The notes under the pieces: generated by a model
The model's input: only the letters and a program-made list of their open reading frames with translations
Databases searched by the model: none
Told to the model about the DNA's origin: nothing
In this document: positions 43,123 to 52,928 of the stretch, in pieces
Layout: every line of letters begins with the position of its first letter
Numbering within the stretch: position 1 is the first letter of the stretch
Origin: Tagaea sp. CACIAM 22H2
Lineage (GTDB): Bacteria > Pseudomonadota > Alphaproteobacteria > CACIAM-22H2
DNA: 64,000 nucleotides
Assembly (NCBI GenBank): GCA_014444615.1
Contig: PVXE01000004.1
Span: 2,768 to 66,767, forward strand
Direction of reading: 5' to 3'
Made by a program: the position numbers and the translations under genes

Positions 43123-43917
43123 TTAGAATAGCCGGTAGCTGATCCCAAGCCCGACGCGGAACTGGTTCGCCGCCCCGCGATCCTTGACCAGCGGCGAGTC
43201 AGCCGCGTCGCCGATCAGGCGCTTATAGCCGCCGAAGCCGGTCAGCGCCCAATTGCCGCCGAGCGGATGCATCGCGTTGGCGGACAGGCCGACATCCTTG
43301 AAGCCCGACGACGGCGAATAGGCGCGCATACCCGACGCCGTCGCTTGCGCGGCCGTCACACCGAAATAGCTTTGCATGTAATCGGAGTCGGCCCAGGTCA
43401 CGCTGGGACCGAAGCCGACGACAGTGCGGCCGATCGGCGGCAGACGATAGCGCAGGCCCAAATCGATCGTGCCGCCGAGTTCCGAATGCGACACGTTGCG
43501 CCGCCCGGCGACGCGCAAAGCCAGCGGTCCGAATTCGTAGCTGGCGAAAGCGCCGAGATCGACGCCGCCCTTCACGTCGCCCATGCCGCGCAGATCGTCA
43601 TCGTCGCCTTCGTCGCGCGCGAAGCGATAATTGACGAACGGACCCGCCCGGAAGGCGCCGCGTCCGCCCGGATCGCGCAAAGTGACGACATTGGCGCCCA
43701 GCCCGCGCTCCGCGCTCAAAAACACCGTGTCGCGCCAATCGACCTCGACCAGCGGCAAGGCGCGCGCTTTGTAGCTGTTCGATCCTTCATAAGACGGCGT
43801 GGCGAAGCCGATCGCCCCGAGATTGACGCGCCAATCGCCGCGCGTTTCGGCCGGCGCCTGCGCGAAGGCAGGCGTGGCGGCAGCGGCGAAAATTACGGCG
43901 GCGAACAAACGGCGCAT
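43123..43917 (-). CDS. MipA/OmpV-family outer-membrane protein
   Basis: Trimmed to MRRLFAAVIFAAAATPAFA signal peptide; ends in aromatic beta-barrel terminus YRLF. Confidence 0.65.
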   Translation of the reverse strand: MRRLFAAVIFAAAATPAFAQAPAETRGDWRVNLGAIGFATPSYEGSNSYKARALPLVEVDWRDTVFLSAERGLGANVVTLRDPGGRGAFRAGPFVNYRFARDEGDDDDLRGMGDVKGGVDLGAFASYEFGPLALRVAGRRNVSHSELGGTIDLGLRYRLPPIGRTVVGFGPSVTWADSDYMQSYFGVTAAQATASGMRAYSPSSGFKDVGLSANAMHPLGGNWALTGFGGYKRLIGDAADSPLVKDRGAANQFRVGLGISYRLF

Positions 43918-44013
43918 GAAGGGAAACCTCAATCTGGAAAGACAACCGGAATATGGCGCCGGGGATTTCGCCTTCAAGGCGAAATCCGCAAAACAGCGGC
44001 GAATCACAAATCG

Positions 44014-44283
44014 TTACGCTGGCGGGGCGCCCTGCAGTTCCGCCACGCGGACCTCGGCCTCGGCCGGCGTCATGCCTTCGGCGACCAATTCGGCTTTGAG
44101 ATAGGCCCGCGCGCTGTTGGCGATTTCGCGCTTTCGCTCGGCCTCGGCCAGCGTGCCGGAATCGAGGCCGAAAATCCGCCACAGCGGATCGAGCACCCGG
44201 CCGCCTTTCGCCGCCGGGGCGGTGGCCGCCGTCAGCGCCGCGACGCGCGCTTCATAACGCGCACGCAGCGCTTCCGGCGTCAT
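44014..44283 (-). CDS. hypothetical small protein
   Basis: Trimmed to MTPEALRARYEARV; no motif recognised. Confidence 0.3.
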   Translation of the reverse strand: MTPEALRARYEARVAALTAATAPAAKGGRVLDPLWRIFGLDSGTLAEAERKREIANSARAYLKAELVAEGMTPAEAEVRVAELQGAPPA

Positions 44284-44287
44284 CGTT

Positions 44288-45175
44288 TTACGAGATGGGA
44301 ACGTCGATTTCGCCGCGCGTCGCCCGGCCGAAATCATCCATCAACGCGCTGGTGATCGCACCCGGCGTGAATTTGTATTCGCCGATTTCCGACACCGGCG
44401 TGATTTCGGCCGCCGTGCCCGTCAGGAACACTTCCTGGGCACGGGCGAGTTCGTCCGGCCAAATCGCGCGTTCGACGACCTGGATCTGGCGGTTCTTGGC
44501 AAGGCCGATCACCGTGCGGCGCGTGATGCCGTCGAGGAAGCAATCGGGCTTGGGCGTGTGCAGCACGCCGTCGATGGCGAGGAACACGTTCGCCCCCGTG
44601 GCTTCGGCCACTTGGCCGCGCCAATCGAGCATCAGTGCGTCGGCGTAGCCGGCCCCTTCCGCTTCGTGCTTCGAGATCGTGCAGATCATGTAAAGCCCGG
44701 CGGCCTTCGACTTGGTCGGCGCGGTGTTGGGCGCGGGGCGCGAATATTTCGCCCAGGTCAGGCGAATGCCCTTGTCCTTGTCGGCGAAGTAATTGCCCCA
44801 GGCCCAAGTCGCGATCGCGAGATGGATCTTCGATTGCTGGGCGGACACGCCCATCATTTCCGACCCGCGCCAGGCGATCGGGCGGACATAGCAATCCGGC
44901 GCGCCGTTGGCGGCGACGACTTCGTTGGTCGCGGCGTCGATCTCGTCGACCGTGTAGGGAATCTCGAAGCCCAGGATGCGGCCGGAATCGATCAAGCGCT
45001 GCGAGTGCTCGCGCAGCTTGAAGACCTTGCCGCCATAGGCGCGCTCGCCCTCGAACACGGCCGACCCGTAATGGATGGCGTGGGTCAGAACGTGGAACTT
45101 GGCATCGCGCCACGGAATCATTTTGCCGTCGTACCAGATCCAGCCGTCGCGATCGTCGAAGGGCACGAGTGCCAT
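44288..45175 (-). CDS. ilvE: branched-chain amino acid aminotransferase
   Basis: 295 aa; class IV PLP aminotransferase (HYGSAVFEGERAY, TKSKAAGLY with PLP Lys, GTAAEITPV). Confidence 0.85.
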   Translation of the reverse strand: MALVPFDDRDGWIWYDGKMIPWRDAKFHVLTHAIHYGSAVFEGERAYGGKVFKLREHSQRLIDSGRILGFEIPYTVDEIDAATNEVVAANGAPDCYVRPIAWRGSEMMGVSAQQSKIHLAIATWAWGNYFADKDKGIRLTWAKYSRPAPNTAPTKSKAAGLYMICTISKHEAEGAGYADALMLDWRGQVAEATGANVFLAIDGVLHTPKPDCFLDGITRRTVIGLAKNRQIQVVERAIWPDELARAQEVFLTGTAAEITPVSEIGEYKFTPGAITSALMDDFGRATRGEIDVPIS

Positions 45176-45316
45176 GGGTCACTCCCGATATTGGTAACTT
45201 CGTTGCGTTCCGCCCTTATGCTACGCAATGGAGCGTATATTCAGGCTTGCGCTAAGAAACACTCTTGCGTCATATATGTCAACATCACTGTCGTATCTTC
45301 TTCATGCCGAGTGGTC

Positions 45317-45826
45317 ATGCCTGAATTGCGCCCCGGAATGCAGCATCTCTTTCTGCGCGACGAAGATCTTCGCCTTGGGATCGAGCTGCTGTTCTACGCC
45401 TATCGCGATTTCACCGGCGAGCCGGACCGGATGCTGGCGCAGATCGGGCTGGGCCGGGCGCATCACCGCGTCGTCTATTTCGTCGGACGCTATCCGGGGA
45501 TCAATGTCGGCGAATTGCTGGCGATTTTGCGTATCACCAAGCAAAGCCTGTCGCGCGTGCTGGGCGAATTGGTGCGCGAAGGCTATATCGCGCAGAAGCA
45601 AGGTCCGGTCGACCGCCGCCAGCGCCGCCTGGAATTGACCGAAAAGGGCGCCGATTTGGAGCGCCGCTTGACGGAAAGCCAGCGCCGGCGCTTCGCCGCC
45701 GCGTATCGCGCGGCCGGGGCCGGGGCGGTCGACGGATTCAAGCGGGTGATGCAGAACCTGATCGACGAGCGCGACCGCGCCAAAGTCGCGGATATCGACA
45801 CCGCCAAGCCGCCCAAGCGGCCATGA
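45317..45826 (+). CDS. MarR-family transcriptional regulator
   Basis: wHTH GINVGELLAILRITKQSLSRVLGELVREGYIAQKQGPVDRRQRRLELTEKG. Confidence 0.65.
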   Translation: MPELRPGMQHLFLRDEDLRLGIELLFYAYRDFTGEPDRMLAQIGLGRAHHRVVYFVGRYPGINVGELLAILRITKQSLSRVLGELVREGYIAQKQGPVDRRQRRLELTEKGADLERRLTESQRRRFAAAYRAAGAGAVDGFKRVMQNLIDERDRAKVADIDTAKPPKRP

Positions 45827-45862
45827 CCGCGACACCGGAAGCGTAGTATCCTCGATTCGCAA

Positions 45863-46549
45863 ATGAGCGAAGGTGCCCATCTCCTCGTCGTCGACGACGA
45901 CACGCGAACCCGCGAATTGCTGCGGCGGTTCCTGGCCGATCGCGGCTATCGCGTGGCCACGGCCGCCGACGCGAAGGAAGCGCAAGCCCAGCTCGACGCC
46001 GTGGAATTCGACTTGGTCGTGCTCGACGTGATGATGCCCGGCGAAGACGGAATGAGCTTCACCAAACGCCTGCGCGACGCCAAACGCCAAACGCCGATCG
46101 TGTTGCTGACCGCGCGCGCGGAATCGGCCGACCGCATCGCCGGTCTGTCGATCGGCGCCGACGATTATCTGCCGAAACCTTTCGAGCCGGAGGAGCTGCT
46201 GCTGCGCGTGCGCAACGTGCTGCGCCGTGCCCCCCCGCCCGGCCCGCCCGCGCCCAAAAGCGTCACCTTCGGCCCATTCAAATTCGACCTGACGCGCGAC
46301 GAACTGACGCGCGGGGACGAAGTGGTGCGATTGACCACGGCCGAAATCTCGCTTCTCGAAGTGCTCGCCGCGTCGCCCAACGTGCCCGTCGCGCGCGAGG
46401 AATTGCTGCGCCGCTCGCGCCTGACCGGCGGCGCGCGCGCGGTCGACGTCACGGTGACGCGCCTGCGCCCGAAGATCGAGGACGATCCGCGCAACCCGCG
46501 CCATCTGCAAACGGTGCGCGGTGCGGGCTATGTGTTGAGGGCCGAATAA
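45863..46549 (+). CDS. OmpR-family response regulator
   Basis: LLVVDDD...LVVLDVMMPGEDG receiver; C-terminal winged helix (RGAGYVL). Confidence 0.8.
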   Translation: MSEGAHLLVVDDDTRTRELLRRFLADRGYRVATAADAKEAQAQLDAVEFDLVVLDVMMPGEDGMSFTKRLRDAKRQTPIVLLTARAESADRIAGLSIGADDYLPKPFEPEELLLRVRNVLRRAPPPGPPAPKSVTFGPFKFDLTRDELTRGDEVVRLTTAEISLLEVLAASPNVPVAREELLRRSRLTGGARAVDVTVTRLRPKIEDDPRNPRHLQTVRGAGYVLRAE

Positions 46550-47874
46550 TGGGGCCGCTCAGCCAAGCCATCCGCCGCTATCTGCCGCGCACGCTTTACG
46601 CGCGCACGCTGATCATCATCGTGGCACCGCTGATCCTGGTGCAGATCGTCGCCGGTTTCGTGTTCTACGAGCGCGTATGGCAGACCGTGTCGCGGCGCCT
46701 GTCCAACGCCGTGGCGGGCGAAGTGGCGACCGTCGTGCAGGCGATGGGCCGCTATCCGGGCGATGCCGACCGGCGCTGGCTGTTCGACACGATGCATCTG
46801 GCCACCGGATCGGTCTATACCTGGAAGCCCGGCGCTATTCTGGAGCGCAAGGGCCCGACCGAACCCGAAACGATCCTCGAGGATTATCTGGTGCGCGCGC
46901 TGGACGAGCGCGTGCGCCGGCCCTATTGGCTCGACGCGTGGGGCCAGCCCGCCGACATCCATATCGAAGTGCAGCTTCCCGGCGGCGTGCTGGTGCTGGA
47001 AACGACGCGCCAGCGCGTGTTCACCACCAATGTCTACGTCTTCCTGCTGTTCATGAGCGGAAGCTCGCTGATCCTGATCGCGATCGCGTCGATCTTCATG
47101 CGCAACCAAGTGCGCCCGATCAAGCGCCTGGCCGAAGCGGCCGAGGCTTTCGGCAAGGGCCGCGAGGACGCCGATTTCCGCCCGCATGGCGCCGCCGAAG
47201 TGCGCCAGGCCGCCGCCGCGTTCATGACGATGCGCGAGCGCATCCGCCGCCATATCGCGCAGCGCACGGAAATGCTCGCGGGCATCAGCCACGATCTGCG
47301 CACGCCGCTCACGCGCATGAAGCTGGAACTCGCCATGCTGGGCGACCATCCGTCGGGGCCGGGTTTGAAATCCGACGTCGACGACATGGCGCGCATGGTC
47401 GAATCCTATCTCGCCTTCGTGCGCGGCGAGGGCGAGGAGAAGATCGAGGCGATCGACCTTGAACCCACGCTGCGGGAAATCGTCGAAAGCCATCGCCGGG
47501 CGGGCAACGCCGTCGCCTATCAAAGCCCGGGCCCGCTCGCCTGCGCGGGCCGGCCGCACGCGCTCAAACGCAGCCTCAACAACATGATCGCCAACGCCGC
47601 GCGCCACGCCGCCCAGGTGCGCGTAACCGCCGAACGGCGCGAGACCGACATCGAGATCGTCATCGACGACGACGGTCCCGGCATTCCCGCCGAATCGCGC
47701 GAGGACGTGTTCAAGCCCTTCTTCCGCCTGGACCCGTCGCGCAACGCCGAAACGGGCGGCGTGGGCCTCGGCCTCACCATCGCGCGCGACGTCGTGCGCG
47801 GCCATGGCGGCGATATCCGTTTGGAAGAATCGCCGATGGGCGGCTTGCGCGCCCGCATTCGCATCCCAGTTTAA
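46549..47874 (+). CDS. EnvZ-like sensor histidine kinase
   Basis: Two TM segments, HAMP, HisKA GISHDLRTPLTRM, HATPase (NMIANAARHA, DDDGPGIP, GGVGLGLTIAR). Confidence 0.8.
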   Translation: MGPLSQAIRRYLPRTLYARTLIIIVAPLILVQIVAGFVFYERVWQTVSRRLSNAVAGEVATVVQAMGRYPGDADRRWLFDTMHLATGSVYTWKPGAILERKGPTEPETILEDYLVRALDERVRRPYWLDAWGQPADIHIEVQLPGGVLVLETTRQRVFTTNVYVFLLFMSGSSLILIAIASIFMRNQVRPIKRLAEAAEAFGKGREDADFRPHGAAEVRQAAAAFMTMRERIRRHIAQRTEMLAGISHDLRTPLTRMKLELAMLGDHPSGPGLKSDVDDMARMVESYLAFVRGEGEEKIEAIDLEPTLREIVESHRRAGNAVAYQSPGPLACAGRPHALKRSLNNMIANAARHAAQVRVTAERRETDIEIVIDDDGPGIPAESREDVFKPFFRLDPSRNAETGGVGLGLTIARDVVRGHGGDIRLEESPMGGLRARIRIPV

Positions 47875-47878
47875 GATC

Positions 47879-48517
47879 ATGACGCCCGAACAAATCTTCG
47901 ACTTCGCCAAGCTCGACGCCACGCCGAAAAATCCCGTGCCGTTCGACCACGCGCTCGTTCCCGCTTTCGTGAATGCGCCGGCACTCGACGCGATCAACGC
48001 GGATTGGCCGGATATCGGCAAGCCGGGCTCGTTTCCGCTGTCGGAAGTCGGGCCGCTCAAACCCGCAGTGAAGGATTTCGTTGCCGCCCTTGAATCCGAC
48101 GCGTTCCGGTCGGCGATCGAGGCGAAGTTCGATCTGAACCTGAAGCCGCACCCGACGATCATCACCTTCCGCGACCGCTGCCGCGCGCGCGACGGCAAGA
48201 TCCATACGGATTCGAAGGACAAGGTCGTGACGGTGCTGGTTTATATGAACAAGCGCACCGGCGGCTGGCAGGACAAGGGCGGCAAGTTGCGCCTGCTGCG
48301 CGGGCCCGAAACGCTGGAGAACTACACCAGTGAAATCGAGCCGGTGGACGGCAATATGCTGGTCTTCCGCTGCACGCGCGACGCGTGGCACGGCCACGAA
48401 AGCTACGAAGGCCCGCGCCACGTGATGCAGATGAACTGGCTGGTCAACGACGCGGCCTTGCGCAAGAACGCGACGCGTCACCGCGTCTCGGCATTCTTCA
48501 AGAAACTGTTCGGCTAA
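47879..48517 (+). CDS. 2OG-Fe(II) oxygenase-superfamily protein (hypothetical)
   Basis: Trimmed to MTPEQIF; HTD...WHGH arrangement consistent with an HxD...H iron triad in a PhyH/P4H-like fold. Confidence 0.45.
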   Translation: MTPEQIFDFAKLDATPKNPVPFDHALVPAFVNAPALDAINADWPDIGKPGSFPLSEVGPLKPAVKDFVAALESDAFRSAIEAKFDLNLKPHPTIITFRDRCRARDGKIHTDSKDKVVTVLVYMNKRTGGWQDKGGKLRLLRGPETLENYTSEIEPVDGNMLVFRCTRDAWHGHESYEGPRHVMQMNWLVNDAALRKNATRHRVSAFFKKLFG

Positions 48518-48855
48518 AAAAGCTTCCCGCCGTTGGGCACGGCCAGCGTCGGGCCGATCAGCACGACGGCGCCGTTCGCGTCGGGGAAGCCGAGCGTCAG
48601 CACTTCGCTCATGAACGGGCCGATCTGGCGCGGCGGGAAATTCACCACCGCCGCGACCTGACGGCCGACCAGCGTGTCGGGCGCGTAATGCACGGTGATC
48701 TGCGCCGAGGATTTCTTGACGCCGAGCTCGGGCCCGAAATCGATCTTCAGCTTGATCGCGGGCTTGCGCGCTTCGGGAAACGGCGCCGCCTCGACGATCG
48801 TGCCCACCCGAATGTCGACGCGTTCGAAATCGCCGTATGTGATCGTATCGCCCAT
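48514..48855 (-). CDS. csaA: tRNA-binding protein (CsaA/EMAP-domain)
   Basis: 113 aa; DIRVGTIVEA...KIDFG...G oligonucleotide-binding fold sequence of CsaA/YgjH. Confidence 0.65.
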   Translation of the reverse strand: MGDTITYGDFERVDIRVGTIVEAAPFPEARKPAIKLKIDFGPELGVKKSSAQITVHYAPDTLVGRQVAAVVNFPPRQIGPFMSEVLTLGFPDANGAVVLIGPTLAVPNGGKLF

Positions 48856-48868
48856 CGCTTCGCTCCAA

Positions 48869-48903
48869 CGAAAAACCCCGGCCGCGCGCGGCGACCGGGG
48901 TTC
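48869..48903 (-). terminator. Rho-independent terminator downstream of the phasin gene (bidirectional-looking hairpin)
   Basis: aaaaa CCCCGG ccgcgcgcggcga CCGGGG tt; on the minus strand the hairpin is followed by a U-run. Confidence 0.5.
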
Positions 48904-48939
48904 ATTCGTTAGCCTGCCGGGCGCTTGCGCGCCAGGGGC

Positions 48940-49386
48940 TTACTTCTTCTTCGCGATCAGCGTCTTGATCTCGTCCAGGCTTTCCAGCACGCGCTTCTGG
49001 ACGACATCCAAAGCTTCGTACTGCGACTTGGCGAGCAGCTCGCTCATTTCGCGGGTGTTCGAAATCGCGCGCTGGAAGGCGTCCTTCATCAGGTCGGCCT
49101 GCTTGGCGGCCTTTTCTTCCGGCGAGCCGGCGGCCATCACTTCGCGCGCGGCGACCGAGGCTTCCTCGAGCACCGAGCGGAAGATTTCCGACTGGCGGCG
49201 CGCGACGGCCTGGAAGCTTTCGACGGCGAGCTGATTGGCCTGGGCCAAGGCTTCCATGTTCTTGCGCTGGGCGGCGACGAGACCTTCCATATCCAGCGGC
49301 GCGAACTTGAAGTCGCCCATCTGCTTGGGCATCTCGAACATCTTGGCGAGATCGAATTCACCGAACGGCATTTTGGTTCCCTTCAT
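48940..49386 (-). CDS. phasin-family protein (PHA granule-associated)
   Basis: Trimmed to MKGTKMPFGEFDLAKMFEMPKQM; low-complexity A/E/K/Q-rich helical sequence typical of alphaproteobacterial phasins. Confidence 0.65.
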   Translation of the reverse strand: MKGTKMPFGEFDLAKMFEMPKQMGDFKFAPLDMEGLVAAQRKNMEALAQANQLAVESFQAVARRQSEIFRSVLEEASVAAREVMAAGSPEEKAAKQADLMKDAFQRAISNTREMSELLAKSQYEALDVVQKRVLESLDEIKTLIAKKK

Positions 49387-49577
49387 GTTGTCCCCCCTCC
49401 TTATCCCAAGCAGCGCGAGGCTGCGGATCGGGCCGGCCCGGTCCAGAGCACGTGGCCCAGAGCGCAAAGGAGGCAAACCCGTTTCTGTCGCAGCGGCGGA
49501 AACGCCGTTGCAATGGCCGAATTCTGTCCGGCGGAATAACGTAAGTCAAGTGAATTTGTGCGCCGCAAAAAGACAAA

Positions 49578-50231
49578 TCAGCTTTTGGCGGGCTCCATCC
49601 GGCGCTTCAGAAATGCCGGAAAACTCGATGCTAAAGCCTCGAGACGACCGAGGGATTTATCGAGGGCGGCCATGGTTTTTGCTGCATCTGCGCTGTCATC
49701 GTCCAGCCAGATGCGCAAGGCGGCGAGATAAGCGGCGGCTAGCGCGTTGATCTTCAACGGCGCCAGCGGCGAGGCGGTGCGGATACCCGCCGCCTCGGCC
49801 GCCCAGCGCATCGACCGCAACAATGACGGCAGCGCGCAGAGTGCCGCGACCGGCGCGCGCGGCAAATCGGCGAGCATGTTTTTCACTGCGGCCTTGTGGG
49901 GGGCGAGCGCGTCGAAGCGCCGCATCAGGATTTCGAAGAGTTTGTCCTTCACCGAACCGTCGGCGTCGATTTTGACGGCCAACATCGTGCTGTCGATCCG
50001 CCGCGCGAAGGCCGCCATCAAGGCGGGCTTCGATGGGGCCGCGCGCAGCATGTCGGCCAGCGACAGCCCGGCTTCTTCGGCGATTTCGGGCAGCGCGATC
50101 TCCGACCATTTGCGCGTTTCGGCCAACCGCAACGCGGCATCCAGCGCCGCGTCTTCGGGCGACGCGGGTTGAGCGGCGTCGATCTTTTTGCGCTTGGCGG
50201 CCATGGCGGTCTCCATCCGGGGGAACGCCAA
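49578..50231 (-). CDS. COQ9-like / TetR-fold protein (hypothetical)
   Basis: 217 aa; N-terminal HTH-like SEIALPEIAEEAGLSLADMLRA and helical C-domain; resembles the bacterial COQ9 family but not verified. Confidence 0.4.
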   Translation of the reverse strand: MAFPRMETAMAAKRKKIDAAQPASPEDAALDAALRLAETRKWSEIALPEIAEEAGLSLADMLRAAPSKPALMAAFARRIDSTMLAVKIDADGSVKDKLFEILMRRFDALAPHKAAVKNMLADLPRAPVAALCALPSLLRSMRWAAEAAGIRTASPLAPLKINALAAAYLAALRIWLDDDSADAAKTMAALDKSLGRLEALASSFPAFLKRRMEPAKS

Positions 50232-50276
50232 TTAGGTAGGCGCCCCGGCGGCGATGTCAAACCCGGCGCGCGATGA

Positions 50277-51125
50277 TCATTTCGGCGCGACGCGGTTGCG
50301 TTCGACGATTTCGCGGATCGCTTCGGCCGAGGCGGCGGCGATCTGGAACGAAATCTCGGCCCATTGGCGTTCGATCATGCGCAGCGGCAAGGGGTTGGCC
50401 ATATCGACGCGGCCGAGTTCGTCCGCCCCATTCGCCACGCGCCAGACGACGGCAAGGCGCCGCGTCTCTTGCCCTTGCACGGGCGGGACAGGCGTTTGCG
50501 TCACCTGCCCCGTCACGTCCAGCGCCGCGACACGCTTGTCGTCGGTGACTTTCACGCCCGCGCGCTCGAGGTGAAAGGTCAAGGCCTGCGCCAGCGCCAA
50601 ACCGCCTTGGCCGGGCGCGCCTTCCGGTGTTGCGATGCGCACCGGCAGCAACTCGCGCTGGGCCAGCGTTTCGGGCTTGATCGCCTGGACGATGGCGCTC
50701 GCCACGCGCTTGGCGATGCCCATCCAATCGGCGGGCGCTTCGCCGCCGCGCGGGCGCGCATCGGTCAGCGTGCCGTCGCTCAGCGTTTTGCCGTCGGGAT
50801 CGACGAGATGCGTTTCGACGGCCACGCTGGCCCCCGGCTTGTCGGCGACGAGCAGATCGAGGATCAGGCTGTGCCGGTTGCCGAGCCGCGTATTGGCGGG
50901 AATGTCGTTGGCGCGCAACGCCTCCGCCACCGCGTCGGCAAGGGCGCGCGCTTGCGCGTCGGGCAAGCCCGCCGCCGGCGGCACGACGATTCCGCCTTGA
51001 TCGGGAAGGCGCAGCAGCGGATTGCTGGCAATGTCCTTCTCGTCCTGCCGGAACGGGCGCGGGATCGGCCCGCACGCGGCGAGCAACACGGCGAAGCCTA
51101 GCAGCAAGGCGAGGACGCGTTTCAT
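50277..51125 (-). CDS. hypothetical lipoprotein
   Basis: Trimmed to MKRVLALLLGFAVLLAACGP (lipobox LAAC); 282 aa. Confidence 0.5.
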   Translation of the reverse strand: MKRVLALLLGFAVLLAACGPIPRPFRQDEKDIASNPLLRLPDQGGIVVPPAAGLPDAQARALADAVAEALRANDIPANTRLGNRHSLILDLLVADKPGASVAVETHLVDPDGKTLSDGTLTDARPRGGEAPADWMGIAKRVASAIVQAIKPETLAQRELLPVRIATPEGAPGQGGLALAQALTFHLERAGVKVTDDKRVAALDVTGQVTQTPVPPVQGQETRRLAVVWRVANGADELGRVDMANPLPLRMIERQWAEISFQIAAASAEAIREIVERNRVAPK

Positions 51126-51895
51126 TTTTCGAGCGCGATCGCCGACAGGCCGCGGCCGTAATCCGTCTCCCCGCGCAAACACGCGCGGCGGTAGGAGAAG
51201 AAGCGATCCGCCTCGCCGCACGTATCGTTCGGCATGGCCTGAATGTCGCCGATGCCCACGCGGCGCAAACGCTCGCCGACATAGCCGCGCAGATCGAACA
51301 TGTGATGCCCGTCTTTGCGCGACGGCGCGAAGAAGCGCGCATTGGCTTCGTCTTCCGCCAGGAAAGGCGCGGGGAATTCGGGGCCGACTTCGTAGGAGCG
51401 TTGCGCGATGCACGGGCCGATGCCCGCGACGATGCGCGAGGGCACGGCACCCAGCTTCGTCATCGCCTCGACGGTCGCGTCGAGCACGCCGCCGATGGCG
51501 CCCTTCCAGCCCGAATGCGCGGCGCCGATCACCTTGGCGTGGCGATCGCAAAATAGTACCGGCACGCAATCGGCCGACAACACGCCCAGCGCCACGCCCG
51601 GCGTGCGGGTCACCAGCGCATCGGCTTGCGGGCGCGCGCCTTCCGGCAAGGGTGCATCGAGTTCGACGACCTTGCGGCCGTGGACTTGATAGAGCGTCGT
51701 CAGCGCCGTTTCGGGCAGATCGATCGCCGCCATCGCGCGTTTGCGGTTTTCCCGCACGGCGTCGGGGGAATCGCCCGAGCCGAGGCCGCAATTCAGCGAC
51801 GCATAGAGACCTTCGCTGACGCCGCCCTGGCGCGTGAAAAACGCGTGGCGCACGCCTTCGATGTCGTTGAACGCGCCGATCGTGATCGGGGCCAT
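51122..51895 (-). CDS. pgeF: peptidoglycan editing factor PgeF (YfiH/DUF152, purine nucleoside phosphorylase-like)
   Basis: Trimmed to MAPITIG (257 aa); LSADCVPV, AAHSGWKG, GPCI motifs. Confidence 0.75.
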   Translation of the reverse strand: MAPITIGAFNDIEGVRHAFFTRQGGVSEGLYASLNCGLGSGDSPDAVRENRKRAMAAIDLPETALTTLYQVHGRKVVELDAPLPEGARPQADALVTRTPGVALGVLSADCVPVLFCDRHAKVIGAAHSGWKGAIGGVLDATVEAMTKLGAVPSRIVAGIGPCIAQRSYEVGPEFPAPFLAEDEANARFFAPSRKDGHHMFDLRGYVGERLRRVGIGDIQAMPNDTCGEADRFFSYRRACLRGETDYGRGLSAIALEK

Positions 51896-51897
51896 TT

Positions 51898-52893
51898 TCA
51901 GTGTCCGTCCATCGGTATCGGCGGCGCCGAACCCTTCGGCAGCAGCAGCAGAACGCGGAAGAGCGTGCCCATTTCCGTGGGCTCGATCAAGCGCCGCAGC
52001 GCCGTTTCGATCGTCGTCCGCGCGGCGGGGTTGGCCGCACTCAACGCGGCCGCGCGCGCATGCGCCCCGGCGCGGCGCAGGAAATCGCCCTGCCCCAATG
52101 CGCCATGGGCCGCACAACCGCCTTGTTGGGCGGCGCGTGCCAAAGCGGTGAAATCGACATGGGCGGTCAAATCGGTTTCGCCTGGGCGGTCGAACACATC
52201 GACTTTCTTATGATCGCGCACGGCTTGAATCGTGTCGCCCCAGCCGGACACGGGCGATCCGTAATCGACGATCAGCGCCGCCCCGCCATGCTGGGCGATA
52301 CGCGACCCGATCGCGCGCGCGACGCTTTCGCCCGCCGGACAGGTCTCGACGATCGCGCCGTCGGGCACGTCATGCGCGACCGGCGTCGCGACTTCGGCGC
52401 CATCGGCGAACTGGAAATCGGGCGTCACGATGCGCTCGAACCATTTGGCGCCGACACGCCGGAACTGGCGTACCGGCAGCGCATCGAAGAACTCGTTGGC
52501 GAGCAGCAATATCGGCGCATCGGGCAGCGTCGCGATATCGTCGTGCCAGGTCGGCGCATACGCGGCGAGCTTCGCCGCTTGCGCCGCGCGGAAACTCTCG
52601 TTGATCTCGACCAGATGCACGGGCAGACGCGCTTTCGTCGCCTTGGCGAAAGCGCGCGCCGCGTCGTGCATCAACGTGCCGCGCCCCGGCCCCAATTCTG
52701 CGAGGATCGCGTTCGGGTCGGCGCCCTGATCGAGCCAGATTTGCGCGAGGACGAGGCCCAGCATTTCGCCGAAGATTTGCGAGATTTCGGGCGCGGTCGT
52801 GAAATCGCCGGCCGCCCCCACGCGCACGCCCTTGCGGTAATAGCCGTGATCGGGATCGGCGAGGCAGGCATGCATCCAATCATGCACCGTCAT
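51898..52893 (-). CDS. class I SAM-dependent methyltransferase (DUF185/MidA family)
   Basis: Trimmed to MTVHDWMHACLADPDHGYY (331 aa); FTTAPEISQIFGEMLG, LVEINES, LANEFFDALP motifs. Confidence 0.65.
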   Translation of the reverse strand: MTVHDWMHACLADPDHGYYRKGVRVGAAGDFTTAPEISQIFGEMLGLVLAQIWLDQGADPNAILAELGPGRGTLMHDAARAFAKATKARLPVHLVEINESFRAAQAAKLAAYAPTWHDDIATLPDAPILLLANEFFDALPVRQFRRVGAKWFERIVTPDFQFADGAEVATPVAHDVPDGAIVETCPAGESVARAIGSRIAQHGGAALIVDYGSPVSGWGDTIQAVRDHKKVDVFDRPGETDLTAHVDFTALARAAQQGGCAAHGALGQGDFLRRAGAHARAAALSAANPAARTTIETALRRLIEPTEMGTLFRVLLLLPKGSAPPIPMDGH

Positions 52894-52928
52894 CGGACAG
52901 CGCTTGGAAAGGATGTCGCGGAAGCCGC

